Source of the DNA: Bdellovibrionales bacterium
GTDB lineage: Bacteria; Bdellovibrionota; Bdellovibrionia; Bdellovibrionales; JAGQZY01
DNA: 64,000 nucleotides
NCBI GenBank assembly: GCA_031426555.1
Contig: JANPLN010000059.1
Span: 1-64,000, forward strand
Direction: 5' to 3'
Part shown: positions 1-8,880 of the stretch, piece by piece
Numbering within the stretch: the first letter of the stretch is position 1
How the letters are laid out: each line of letters begins with the position of its first letter
Position numbers and translations under genes: made by a program
The notes under the pieces: model-generated
Told to the model about the DNA's origin: nothing
The model's database searches: none
The model's input: the letters and a program-made list of their open reading frames with translations, nothing else

Positions 1-306
1 CTCTCGAAAACAAGCTCAAAAGCCTCGGACAGTCCTCGCCCCTTCGGGTCTGCGGAACTCGTTTTTGAACTTGTTTTCGAGAGTACTTTTTCTAATGAAC
101 TTCTCAAGCTGGATAAAAGCTGGACACTAATTAGTACTTAAGAAAAAACGATTTAATGTCTGCCAATTAAAGGCTAGCGCTGGTTAAAAAGGAATGGCTT
201 ATTCTTTAATAGAAGGTTTTTGCGGATTTCTCGGAGTTATTTCCGAGAACTACTAGGTCTTGAAGTCTGCCCTTAAGACTGGTCAGCAGCCAGCTCACCA
301 GTGGTT
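1..306. repeat. Structured dispersed element, copy 1 (left end may be cut by window edge): long hairpin plus conserved stem-loop body
   Basis: Arms 1-23 and 61-83 are inverted repeats (21/23 Watson-Crick). Colinear similarity blocks with 26456-26894 extend to CAGTGGTT (299-306). Confidence 0.75.
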
Positions 307-673
307 ACTGAAGTACTGGTTTTGAGATTAAACAGCTGCTATTCGTTTGTTTAACTGTTGTCTTGTAGGTGTACTGCTTAAATTCTTCAAACCCATCTCC
401 GTTTGAGCCATAATATGTAGCCTCAAATACAGCTTCATAAGCACCGTAGGCGAGAGCAATGTTTGTTGTGTGCACTATTTTGGGGTGATTAACTTCAAAA
501 GACAGCCTGAAATCCTCTAAAAAAGAAAGAAGGGTCTCGGATTTAGCAAGATGGTTACAGAGTTCCGTATTAGAAATCTCTATTCTATCGGTGTATTCGA
601 AAATACCTGCTGAAGCAGCCGTTACAAAAGGTAGGGATAATACGATAAACATCGCTTTTGTTATTGTTTTCAT
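305..673 (-). CDS. Secreted hypothetical protein
   Basis: 122-aa ORF with Sec-type signal peptide (..VTAASA); no family recognised. Confidence 0.7.
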   Translation of the reverse strand: MKTITKAMFIVLSLPFVTAASAGIFEYTDRIEISNTELCNHLAKSETLLSFLEDFRLSFEVNHPKIVHTTNIALAYGAYEAVFEATYYGSNGDGFEEFKQYTYKTTVKQTNSSCLISKPVLQ

Positions 674-928
674 TTAACAGCCTTTAGTTAGAGTTCGTAT
701 TTAGATTCCAGTTACAATTCGATCGATGATCTAGTCAATGGCCCAAACGTTTATTGAAATTATTATTCATTTACGAATATGAGGGTTGTTTACAAATTTA
801 CTGTTTGCGAAGTGCCCAATGCAGAGCTGAAGATAACGAGTGACCAGACTCACCCTGAAATAATCCCAGAGCGGCAGACCTCGCCCGTCTATGGAATATG
901 TGCCATTCTTTAATAGAATCAAAGCCGA

Positions 929-1015
929 TCAAAGTGTCGCGGACACCTTGGAGCGGATTTTTATGCAGCGGTCGTCTTCTTGGGGGGAGATTTTTAAGTT
1001 TTTGAGGACGGTTTC
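929..1015 (-). repeat. Displaced, recoded duplicate of the pepN 3' end (direct repeat of 2429-2515)
   Basis: 87 bp with 11 mismatches. Translates ETVLKNLKISPQEDDRCIKIRSKVSATL* versus pepN ETVLKNLKISAQEDDRCIKIRSKVSATL*. Confidence 0.92.
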
Positions 1016-1047
1016 TTGCGGGCGGGTAAGTAGCTTTCCCGATAACA

Positions 1048-1070
1048 ACAGCCTCTTGCAATGAGGCTGT
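1048..1070 (-). terminator. Hairpin downstream of the lipoprotein gene, probable intrinsic terminator
   Basis: ACAGCCTC-N7-GAGGCTGT perfect 8-bp stem; weak U-tract. Confidence 0.5.
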
Positions 1071-1099
1071 CTGTGAATGATGAATTGATTACGAGGAAA

Positions 1100-2320
1100 T
1101 TAAATCCCTGTGGTGAGCATTTCGTCCATGGAAGTCCAAGTGATAGACGGAGCCGTTGTAAAGCTCTGCCACGTAGGTGTCACTAGAGTTGATGCTGTGT
1201 TAAAGGTAGCGGAAGGGCCCGAAACACCTGTTGTGTATGGAATATCTCGACCGCCGGTGCCGCCAGTGCCTGTACATGCAAATGCGTTGCTGGCAGCCGC
1301 TTGGTCTGCAGATGATCCATCAGTCTTCAGCACGCACGCCTCGAAGTTTCCGTCGGCAGCTCCGCCGTTCCAACCATTTAGGTACATTGAAACTGACAGA
1401 GAAGGAAAGGTAGAGCCTACGTTGCCATCAACGATATAGTGAATGCTGTAGTCGGCAGATGTATCAACCGCACTTGAAAATATACTGTCGGTCACGGTGT
1501 AAACGCGTGCTGCGCCAGTAACATCGTCTTTCCACAAGCGGTGAATGACCATGGAGTAGCCGTTCTCTTTACTTTTAAATAAGTACTCTACTTTTAGCAG
1601 ACGGGAGGAAGTGTCATAGACAACCACAGTGCGCGAGCGAGTTGTCGTGTTGTCTTCTGCTGAGGCATAAGCCACAATACCATCAGAAGATCCCCACTTA
1701 AAATACATCGTTTCAATAGTGCCTTCGATATCGATAGTGGCTTTAAGATCAAAAGTTGTCGATGGGGATGCTGCTTCGAAAGTTAAAGTCGCAGAAGCTG
1801 GGAAGTCTGCCAAGTCGGCAGCTTGAAATCCGCACGCGGTGGTTAAGGTCGCCTTTAAAGAGGCTGTAAACGTAATTGTGGCGGGCCCTGTTCCAACAAG
1901 TGATGCAGATGTGGGTGCAGATAATGAATTGGCTACGATGCATGGAATGGCCTGACCACTTTCCATACGACCAAATACGTTGATGGGGGAACCGTCTGGG
2001 CGATAGGCACCATCCTGAAATTCAATACCCATCCAATCTTTAATCGAAATGGGAGGGTTCCCAACATAGCGTTGATCCGAAAGACCAATGTTGGTGGGCC
2101 AGTGCGTGCTAAATCCAACGCCTCGTGCGCCGAGATCTGCGCTGTAAAACGGAACCGGAGTCACCGGGGCCGGGGCAAGACTTGCAATACCCGCAAGTGA
2201 GGTTTGTGCTCTCGAAAATCCAGCGCCGGCAACCGTGCTAGAATTTTCGACATTGCTACTGGAGCAAGAGATTTGAGCTAAACTCAATGCCGTTAAACTC
2301 AATGCCAAATATTTTTTCAT
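1100..2320 (-). CDS. Ser/Thr-rich hypothetical lipoprotein
   Basis: MKKYLALSLTALSLAQISC lipobox-like start with GGAAGG RBS; 406 aa from this start. Confidence 0.75.
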   Translation of the reverse strand: MKKYLALSLTALSLAQISCSSSNVENSSTVAGAGFSRAQTSLAGIASLAPAPVTPVPFYSADLGARGVGFSTHWPTNIGLSDQRYVGNPPISIKDWMGIEFQDGAYRPDGSPINVFGRMESGQAIPCIVANSLSAPTSASLVGTGPATITFTASLKATLTTACGFQAADLADFPASATLTFEAASPSTTFDLKATIDIEGTIETMYFKWGSSDGIVAYASAEDNTTTRSRTVVVYDTSSRLLKVEYLFKSKENGYSMVIHRLWKDDVTGAARVYTVTDSIFSSAVDTSADYSIHYIVDGNVGSTFPSLSVSMYLNGWNGGAADGNFEACVLKTDGSSADQAAASNAFACTGTGGTGGRDIPYTTGVSGPSATFNTASTLVTPTWQSFTTAPSITWTSMDEMLTTGI

Positions 2321-2428
2321 GATAATCCTTCCATTCAAGTTTTTAATACTACGTATACATTACTAAAATAGTGGAAGGTGATCGAACAAGTTTAGGTTTT
2401 TAAGTCCATGGTCGAGTCCTGAATTTAA

Positions 2429-5077
2429 CTACAACGTGGCTGATACCTTTGAGCGGATTTTTATGCAGCGGTCGTCTTCTTGGGCGGAGATTTTTAGGTT
2501 TTTGAGGACGGTTTCTGGCAGCGTTTGGTTTTTTTGCGCAAAGTTTTGCAGCTTTGCTTGGGTTTCAGGATTGCAGAAGGCGGGGGCTAAGCTGACGAAG
2601 GTGGATAAAAATTCAGGAGGCTGCTTTTTGAAGGCTTGGAGTTGGGAGTAAAAGCGATCTTGGAATTTTTGGTGAAGCTCTTCTTGATGGATGGGAAACA
2701 GATTCCACATAATCGGTTTTAGTTTTCCCAACGACATTTCGGGGCGTGGGCCTTGAATGATGGAGGACCATCTGTTTTCCTTCACATCAGAGGTTGGTTG
2801 GGCTGCCAACGCGGCTTCGTAGTTGTTTTCGCCGCGCTGAGAAGGATCTTTTTTCTTTTCTTGCTCGAGGCGTTTTTGAATATCTTTGACGCCGTAGGAG
2901 CTTAAGTACTGCAAAATCTGCCAGCGGCGGTCTTGATCGATGGAAAATTTAAGCCAGGTTGGTTTTTTATCTAACATGTTTTGTGCGATGGAGAGCTCGG
3001 TGGGCGAACTTAAATTATCTAAATAAAAATCGAACCAACGCTTTTGCTCGTCAACGGTTTTAGACGACTTTGTGCGCTCTAGCAAAAATGCCACCCACTG
3101 GGGGTGTAGTTTGGCGTAGGCAGCTTTGCCTTTTTCGTCCGTGGGAAGATAGCGCTCGAGAACAGTGGTAACTCTTGCGGTCACTGCGGTAAGCACTTCG
3201 ATGTCGCTTTCCTTCGCTAAATGTTTAATAGCGATTTCAAAATATTTGGTAGCCACCATTTGTTGATCGCGGACCATTTCCCACAGAGTTCCCCACAGAC
3301 TGATTCTAGTTAACTCGTCGGAAATTTTTCCAAGAGAGGCTTCAACGGCTTTGATGGAAGCCGCATCAAGATTTAATTTTACGTAATCAAAATCGTCTTG
3401 GTTTGCAAAAACCAAGGTGTTATCAGTGCACGTTGTACCATTGAGTACGGACACGGAGGTGGATTCACCTTGATACGTTACATCCACTGTTTTGGCAGTT
3501 TTAAAACCAGAGTTCGTGGGGTTTAAAACAGAAACGCGGGTTTTGTGAGCGCGCAGGGTTGGGAACTGCGGCACCGCCGTTTGTCTGATTTGGAAGTCGA
3601 CAATCTTACCGTTTTGGCATTGATAGACCACTTGCGCGGTATTCACTTGAGGGATGGTGAGCCACATTTTTTGCCACTCTGTAAGATCGATGTTTGAGGC
3701 GGCGCTCATCTCGTTCATAAAGTCGGGCAGCGTGGTATTTTTGTAGGCGTTTTTGTTAAAATAATTTTTCAGACCCATTTTGAAATTGTCGGAGCCGATG
3801 TAAAAATCCAACTGTTTTAGTACCGAAGCGCCTTTGCCGTAGGTGATTCCGTCAAAGTTAGCAAAGACCACATCGGTATTTGCAACGGTGAATTCGATGG
3901 GGTGAGTGGTAATAGATTGATCGGCAAAATAGGCACTGCGCTTGGCCGACGCATAAAAATCTGTCCACGCCTCTTTAAATTGTGTGGCAGACACGAGCCC
4001 CTTAAACGCGGCGAAGGTGGCGAAGCTTTCGTTAAGCCAAATGTCATTCCACCACTTCATTGTCACCAAATTGCCAAACCACATGTGGGCCATTTCGTGC
4101 AAAATGATGTTGGCTAGCATGCGTTTTTCAGCGCGTTCTTTTTGCGTGCGCGAAACCGCGCGCTCGTTAAACGTCACAGCGCCGACATTTTCCATGGCTC
4201 CAGAGTTAAAATCAGGAACAATGAGTTGATCGTATTTTTTGTAAGCGTAGGGATGACCAAAGTAGTCCTCAAAGAACGCGAAGCCGTTGCGGGTGGTTAA
4301 AAACCATTCTTCGGGATTCACATATTTGGCCAGGGATTGGCGAACCATCAAGCGGAGTGGAATGGTTTGGCTTTTAGTTTTTGCGGTATTTTTCCAAATT
4401 TTGTAATCGCCCGCATGGAGTGAGAAGATGTACGTGCTAAAAATTCCCGACTCAGGAAACGACCACTCAGTCGAAGTCGCGGATTTTTGCACAGCGCTTT
4501 CCAGCGTAGAACTCACCACCACCCAGTTTTTGGGAGCTGTGACTTTGGATTGATAAGTCGCTTTAAGATCGGGCTGATCAAAGCAAGGGAACATAAGGTG
4601 GGCATCGTAGGGTTCAAAATCAGAGTACAGGTAAACTTTTTTATCCACAGGATCTACAAAACGATAAAGCCCGCTGCCCGAGGTGCTGTAGGGGTGGGTG
4701 AATTGAATTTCGATGGAGTTATTGCCAGCGACGAGATGCTGTTGGGGAATGGTGATGAAAAATGTATTGTAAGCCACGGGGATTGCCGAGTTGTTCACTT
4801 TTATGCCGGTAACGCTTCCATTATAAAAATCTATGGTGAGCTCTTTGGGTTGGGCTAGCTGAAAAGCTATGTTTGATATTCCAGAAAATGAAGTTTCGTT
4901 GGTGAGGTCGAAGGCGAGGTTGTATTTGACGCCACTGATCAGGGAGGAGCGGTACTCCGCATAGCTTTGCTCAAGATATCTTTGCGCAACTCGTGCTGGG
5001 TTTTTTGCAGTCGTCGCGGACGTGGCGCAATTGGTAATCAGTAATAATAAAAACAGAGCGTTAAATAGTTTGGTCAT
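2429..5077 (-). CDS. pepN: Aminopeptidase N (M1 family), lipoprotein-type signal
   Basis: GAMEN exopeptidase motif, HEMAH-x18-E zinc motif, YGKG, ERAP1-like C-terminus; N-terminal LLLITNC. Confidence 0.95.
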   Translation of the reverse strand: MTKLFNALFLLLLITNCATSATTAKNPARVAQRYLEQSYAEYRSSLISGVKYNLAFDLTNETSFSGISNIAFQLAQPKELTIDFYNGSVTGIKVNNSAIPVAYNTFFITIPQQHLVAGNNSIEIQFTHPYSTSGSGLYRFVDPVDKKVYLYSDFEPYDAHLMFPCFDQPDLKATYQSKVTAPKNWVVVSSTLESAVQKSATSTEWSFPESGIFSTYIFSLHAGDYKIWKNTAKTKSQTIPLRLMVRQSLAKYVNPEEWFLTTRNGFAFFEDYFGHPYAYKKYDQLIVPDFNSGAMENVGAVTFNERAVSRTQKERAEKRMLANIILHEMAHMWFGNLVTMKWWNDIWLNESFATFAAFKGLVSATQFKEAWTDFYASAKRSAYFADQSITTHPIEFTVANTDVVFANFDGITYGKGASVLKQLDFYIGSDNFKMGLKNYFNKNAYKNTTLPDFMNEMSAASNIDLTEWQKMWLTIPQVNTAQVVYQCQNGKIVDFQIRQTAVPQFPTLRAHKTRVSVLNPTNSGFKTAKTVDVTYQGESTSVSVLNGTTCTDNTLVFANQDDFDYVKLNLDAASIKAVEASLGKISDELTRISLWGTLWEMVRDQQMVATKYFEIAIKHLAKESDIEVLTAVTARVTTVLERYLPTDEKGKAAYAKLHPQWVAFLLERTKSSKTVDEQKRWFDFYLDNLSSPTELSIAQNMLDKKPTWLKFSIDQDRRWQILQYLSSYGVKDIQKRLEQEKKKDPSQRGENNYEAALAAQPTSDVKENRWSSIIQGPRPEMSLGKLKPIMWNLFPIHQEELHQKFQDRFYSQLQAFKKQPPEFLSTFVSLAPAFCNPETQAKLQNFAQKNQTLPETVLKNLKISAQEDDRCIKIRSKVSATL

Positions 5078-5150
5078 GGTTGAATCCCCCGTGACCATTG
5101 CTTATCGCGAACACTATTTTTGCACAAGCTCTAATAGAAAGTGCGAGGGC

Positions 5151-5615
5151 TTACAGCGCGCGAATGGCCTGCACCACTTCGCTGATTTTGGTGGGGAACA
5201 AGTAACAACCGAGCTGGCGGCCAGAATTTACCACAAAGCCGGCCTGCACGCGGTAGCATAAAAAGATTTCACCCACTTGATAGGCCTCAGCATAAACTTT
5301 GCCGCTGACGGCGCGCGATAGCATTGCGGTGCTATTGTAAACATAATCTAATTCGGCCATTCGCGCTTCTTGGTTTTGTGCATAATGGCTCAGCGTTGTC
5401 TGCCGAACTTCGCCGTTGTCACTGATTTCGTGAACCTTAATATTGGGTCCACCACTTGAGAATTGATTTGTGGGCATTTCCATAACGTGATCAAAGCCGG
5501 CCTGTCCGAAAGCTTTAAACAGATCGCCCACGGAGTCATACTTCGCCTGCACACTGGTTGGAGTTAAAATGAGGCTGCAGAGACCTAGAATTATTTTAGT
5601 TATACTCTTCGTCAT
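5151..5615 (-). CDS. Secreted hypothetical protein
   Basis: Signal peptide MTKSITKIILGLCSLILTPTSVQA within the 167-aa ORF. Confidence 0.6.
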   Translation of the reverse strand: MTKSITKIILGLCSLILTPTSVQAKYDSVGDLFKAFGQAGFDHVMEMPTNQFSSGGPNIKVHEISDNGEVRQTTLSHYAQNQEARMAELDYVYNSTAMLSRAVSGKVYAEAYQVGEIFLCYRVQAGFVVNSGRQLGCYLFPTKISEVVQAIRAL

Positions 5616-5955
5616 GTAAACCACCCTTTTCCCGCCCATGGCTCTTATTAGCAAATCGGGGTCCTGGTTTTGGCCGGTGTAGAGGCACTAAATTTGATGT
5701 CATTTCAAATTGTAAAAAGGCGCTGACAAGAACAGGCACCATGGGCTTGAGCGACGACGCAAATTGGCTGAAGAATTGGCTGATGAATTGGGCCGACCAA
5801 TTGTTTTTCACTGTCTCTAACCGGGAGAGATTTTGTCTTTAATTGAAACGATTTTTGCTTAAAAAAAAGATTCGCAAAGAAGAGAGTTAACTTTGCAAAA
5901 AAACACCCGATCCATATTCAACTGTAGCGCCAACAATGGCCATCGAAAGGGTGAC

Positions 5956-6219
5956 ATGAAAAAGATGACTGCAAAAAAAACTTCGCCGAAGAAAGCGCAA
6001 CCAAAGAAGAAGGTTGCCGCAAAAAAGTCAGACATTAAAAAGAAACAAAACGTGGTGGCTTTTAAAAAGCCAAAAGAGCAGCCACAAAAGCCAGCCGCTC
6101 CCCAACCCAAGCCGCATCCCTTCGCTGCTTTTATGAAGGATCGCTGGAGTGCGCGAAACTTTTCGGGTCACGTGCGCAAGATGGGGTCACAAGATTCTTA
6201 CCGAAAGAAAGCCGTCTAA
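5956..6219 (+). CDS. Small Lys/Ala/Pro-rich basic protein, histone H1-like composition
   Basis: AKKTSPKKAQPKKKVAAKK; RBS-like AAGGGTG before ATG 5956. Confidence 0.6.
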   Translation: MKKMTAKKTSPKKAQPKKKVAAKKSDIKKKQNVVAFKKPKEQPQKPAAPQPKPHPFAAFMKDRWSARNFSGHVRKMGSQDSYRKKAV

Positions 6220-6242
6220 TTTTCGAGCGGTTTAATATTCGA

Positions 6243-7196
6243 TTAGGGACAATTTAATATTGCCTCTTGATACACCGAACGAAGCTCTGCTTCTTTTTCG
6301 TTGATCAGCCAGCCATAAGGGTTCACCGCGGGATATGTGGACTTCTCGCTTTTCGATAAATTTTTAACCGTTCTTTCGTAGAGCGAGTTTGCGCGTTTAA
6401 CTTCTCGTCCCAAATTATAAAGAGTGGCAACGATCCCTGGGTTTTGTGAAATATCAAAATTGGCGATCTGTTTGTACACATCAATGGCGATGCGATTGGT
6501 GGCGGCCACATAATGAATAGACGTTTGCGGATTTAAAATCGCATCGTAAAGAGCGGGTGGATCGGCAATCGTCAACTCGTCGAATCCCGAAACTGTATGA
6601 ACGTAGTCTGTCACCATCAGCGCGCGCTCTGGTCCGAGTTGGCCAAAACCGTAAGTGTAGCCTGAACCCATTGGATTGAAGAAGTGCCACTTGAGTTGAT
6701 CTTTACCGTCGCCATTGGGATCTTTTTGCCAAACAGAATTGTAGCAGTTCCAGAGACCAAAGTTATTCGAGGTTTCAGCTTCACATTGTTTGTATTCGGG
6801 TTCCTGCAACATTTCGGCAAGATCCACTCCATTATTTTCAAAGCGCGTCACCCAGCGACTGGTCATATAGGCGTAGTTTTCCTGCCCGATGTCCCAAGCG
6901 CTCACGTTATAAGTGTGCTCGCCGACAATGGAGCCCATAATCATTACTGGATCGATGGAATAAAGTTCCGCAGCCTGTTTAACAACGCAGATATTTCTTT
7001 TTTTAGAGATGAGATTCAAGATATTATTGTATTTAGAGGCTTTGTAACTTTTCGATTCGCCATCAATGGTGTTTCCGGCCGGGACAACAATCGCGCCACC
7101 ACTGAGATAGTCGTCAACCGAAAGGCGAAAGCCGTTCGATGTAGCAGCATAGGAATTGAGCGCAAGGGATATAATAAAAAGAAGCATGGGTTTCAT
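6243..7196 (-). CDS. DUF1402-family secreted protein
   Basis: Signal peptide; IVGEHTYNV, YGFGQL and ATLYN motifs that I recall as typical of DUF1402. Confidence 0.75.
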   Translation of the reverse strand: MKPMLLFIISLALNSYAATSNGFRLSVDDYLSGGAIVVPAGNTIDGESKSYKASKYNNILNLISKKRNICVVKQAAELYSIDPVMIMGSIVGEHTYNVSAWDIGQENYAYMTSRWVTRFENNGVDLAEMLQEPEYKQCEAETSNNFGLWNCYNSVWQKDPNGDGKDQLKWHFFNPMGSGYTYGFGQLGPERALMVTDYVHTVSGFDELTIADPPALYDAILNPQTSIHYVAATNRIAIDVYKQIANFDISQNPGIVATLYNLGREVKRANSLYERTVKNLSKSEKSTYPAVNPYGWLINEKEAELRSVYQEAILNCP

Positions 7197-7309
7197 CCTT
7201 AGTGTTTTGATTGCGATTTGCTTGGGCCTGTCTTAACGCGCCTCGCAGGGGTTAAGTAGAGAGAACCGATGCTTTATAAAAAGGTGAGGATGTTAAACAC
7301 TTTTTTTCA

Positions 7310-7924
7310 CTATCGTCTGGTATTGGGAAACCAGATCTGTTCGCCCTTTGCATGATCTAAGGATCTTAGGTTGAGGTTTAATGGGGTAGATTGGAAGCGG
7401 AAGATGTTTTCTGTTTCGATAACTTGCTCCTCCAAATAGTAAAGTTGGGTGACACCCGCCATGTAGTTTCTTGCGTGGACCAGTTCATGGAAAAAATTCT
7501 GGATTTTTGTGAATTCTGTCCATTCCTGTTGAGTTCCTCCAACCCTGTGACTACCGGTGATTGGAATTTCAAAATTAAAAAGGATAACTGCAGAAGCTCC
7601 TCGCCCATCCGACAGAGCACTGGTCATCGGTGCCAATGACTTTCCTGCGAAGGTCACGGCACCCTCAGAGTGAGCAATTAACAATCGCTTTCCCGAATTT
7701 TTAATATCCTGCCAAATTTCTTCCCCGATCGGATACTTTCGAGCTTGTTGGATGAGATGGATAATTTCAAGTTGGTGCAAGGTTGAGCCACAAATGAACA
7801 CGGACTCAAATTTCTGTTCGCAGTCAGAACGGTCCTTGGCGTAGGACAAGGCTAAGTTATTTTCTAAAGCCATGCCTTGAGCGCTATACAAAACGCACAC
7901 TAATATCAAAATAAAAGTTTTCAT
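7310..7924 (-). CDS. Secreted zincin metallopeptidase, M91/NleD-like
   Basis: Signal peptide; FFHELVHA (HExxH) followed by EE..ENIFR. Confidence 0.6.
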   Translation of the reverse strand: MKTFILILVCVLYSAQGMALENNLALSYAKDRSDCEQKFESVFICGSTLHQLEIIHLIQQARKYPIGEEIWQDIKNSGKRLLIAHSEGAVTFAGKSLAPMTSALSDGRGASAVILFNFEIPITGSHRVGGTQQEWTEFTKIQNFFHELVHARNYMAGVTQLYYLEEQVIETENIFRFQSTPLNLNLRSLDHAKGEQIWFPNTRR

Positions 7925-8047
7925 TTTTCCCCACCCCGCAAAGAAAAATGCACCGAATCGTGAGGAGAATAAATTAAATTTTCGTTAAGAGAAAAAGAGT
8001 GATCTTGGAGACGGTTCTGTTTGAAAAGTTTTCAAGAGGGTTAGCGG

Positions 8048-8272
8048 TTATGCTATGTATGTGGGCCTTTGTTCGTAATTATCGCCTACGACCTTATGGA
8101 AACTTTCGCCGACAACTTTATCGTAGCGGAGCGGTAATTTGTGGCATTTTTCGCCGGCTGGGACGTCACGTGCATTTTTCACGGAGTCCGTTGAGTCTTC
8201 GACATAGGTTTTGTCGAACTCGCATTCCTGGGCTAAAATTCTCGCTTCAACTAAAAACCAACAATGTTCCAT
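8048..8272 (-). CDS. Small hypothetical protein (74 aa)
   Basis: Strong AAGGAG RBS just upstream of ATG 8272; no family recognised. Confidence 0.45.
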   Translation of the reverse strand: MEHCWFLVEARILAQECEFDKTYVEDSTDSVKNARDVPAGEKCHKLPLRYDKVVGESFHKVVGDNYEQRPTYIA

Positions 8273-8408
8273 AAAAACTCCTTCTTTAGGAAACCAAAAT
8301 AATTTTGTTGAGATAGATGTAACGAAGTTTTTTACCAAAGGCGTGTTTGGTTTTAGTCAAAGGGGGGGATATGCAAAGATCCAATGGAATCTTGACGTTG
8401 ATCTGACA

Positions 8409-8434
8409 GGTCCTTCGCTTCGCTCAGGATGACA
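8409..8434. repeat. Solo arm of a REP-like palindromic repeat
   Basis: GGTCCTTCGCTTCGCTCAGGATGACA resembles the arm of the widespread TGTCATCCTGAGCGAAGCGAAGGATC intergenic repeats; no partner arm nearby. Confidence 0.55.
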
Positions 8435-8481
8435 CAAAAGGCTACTGGGTTAACCCTGCAGCCTTTTGAAGCTCATCAAAT

Positions 8482-8880
8482 TTATTTACAGATCGCTTCG
8501 ATAAAGGTTTGCTCGTTTTCACAACCAGAAACCAAAAGAAACTTTCCCTTATTAATATCAAGGGACCAAATATGGGAACCTATACGGTCATTTCCTTCAT
8601 CATCTTTCCCGCAAATCACGGTGTCCTTCATCAGCTCTATTTCATTGGCTGTTTCACCACCAGAGTAGACAACGTCTTCCATAGCTTTCCATTGAAAGTC
8701 TTGCCCGTCATGCTCTGATAAGACCAGGTTAAAAGTTAAAGGTGTGGCATTTTCCATCACCCCTTCCGCAATCAAATCAAATCCAGCACATTGCCAATTC
8801 ATCGCAGAGGACTTCATTGCAGAGTCCGCGTTGGCTAGGCCAGTAAATATCGTTAACGTAATAACTGTAAGTAATTTCAT
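8482..8880 (-). CDS. Secreted hypothetical protein
   Basis: Signal peptide (..GLANA), GAGGAG RBS, 4 Cys. Confidence 0.7.
   Translation of the reverse strand: MKLLTVITLTIFTGLANADSAMKSSAMNWQCAGFDLIAEGVMENATPLTFNLVLSEHDGQDFQWKAMEDVVYSGGETANEIELMKDTVICGKDDEGNDRIGSHIWSLDINKGKFLLVSGCENEQTFIEAICK

Noticed and set aside
798..1061. 87-aa minus-strand ORF
   Set aside because: It crosses the pepN duplicate out of frame and the hairpin; likely spurious.
929..2515. DGR template/variable repeat pair
   Set aside because: Mismatches are synonymous rather than adenine-specific, and there is no reverse transcriptase in the window.
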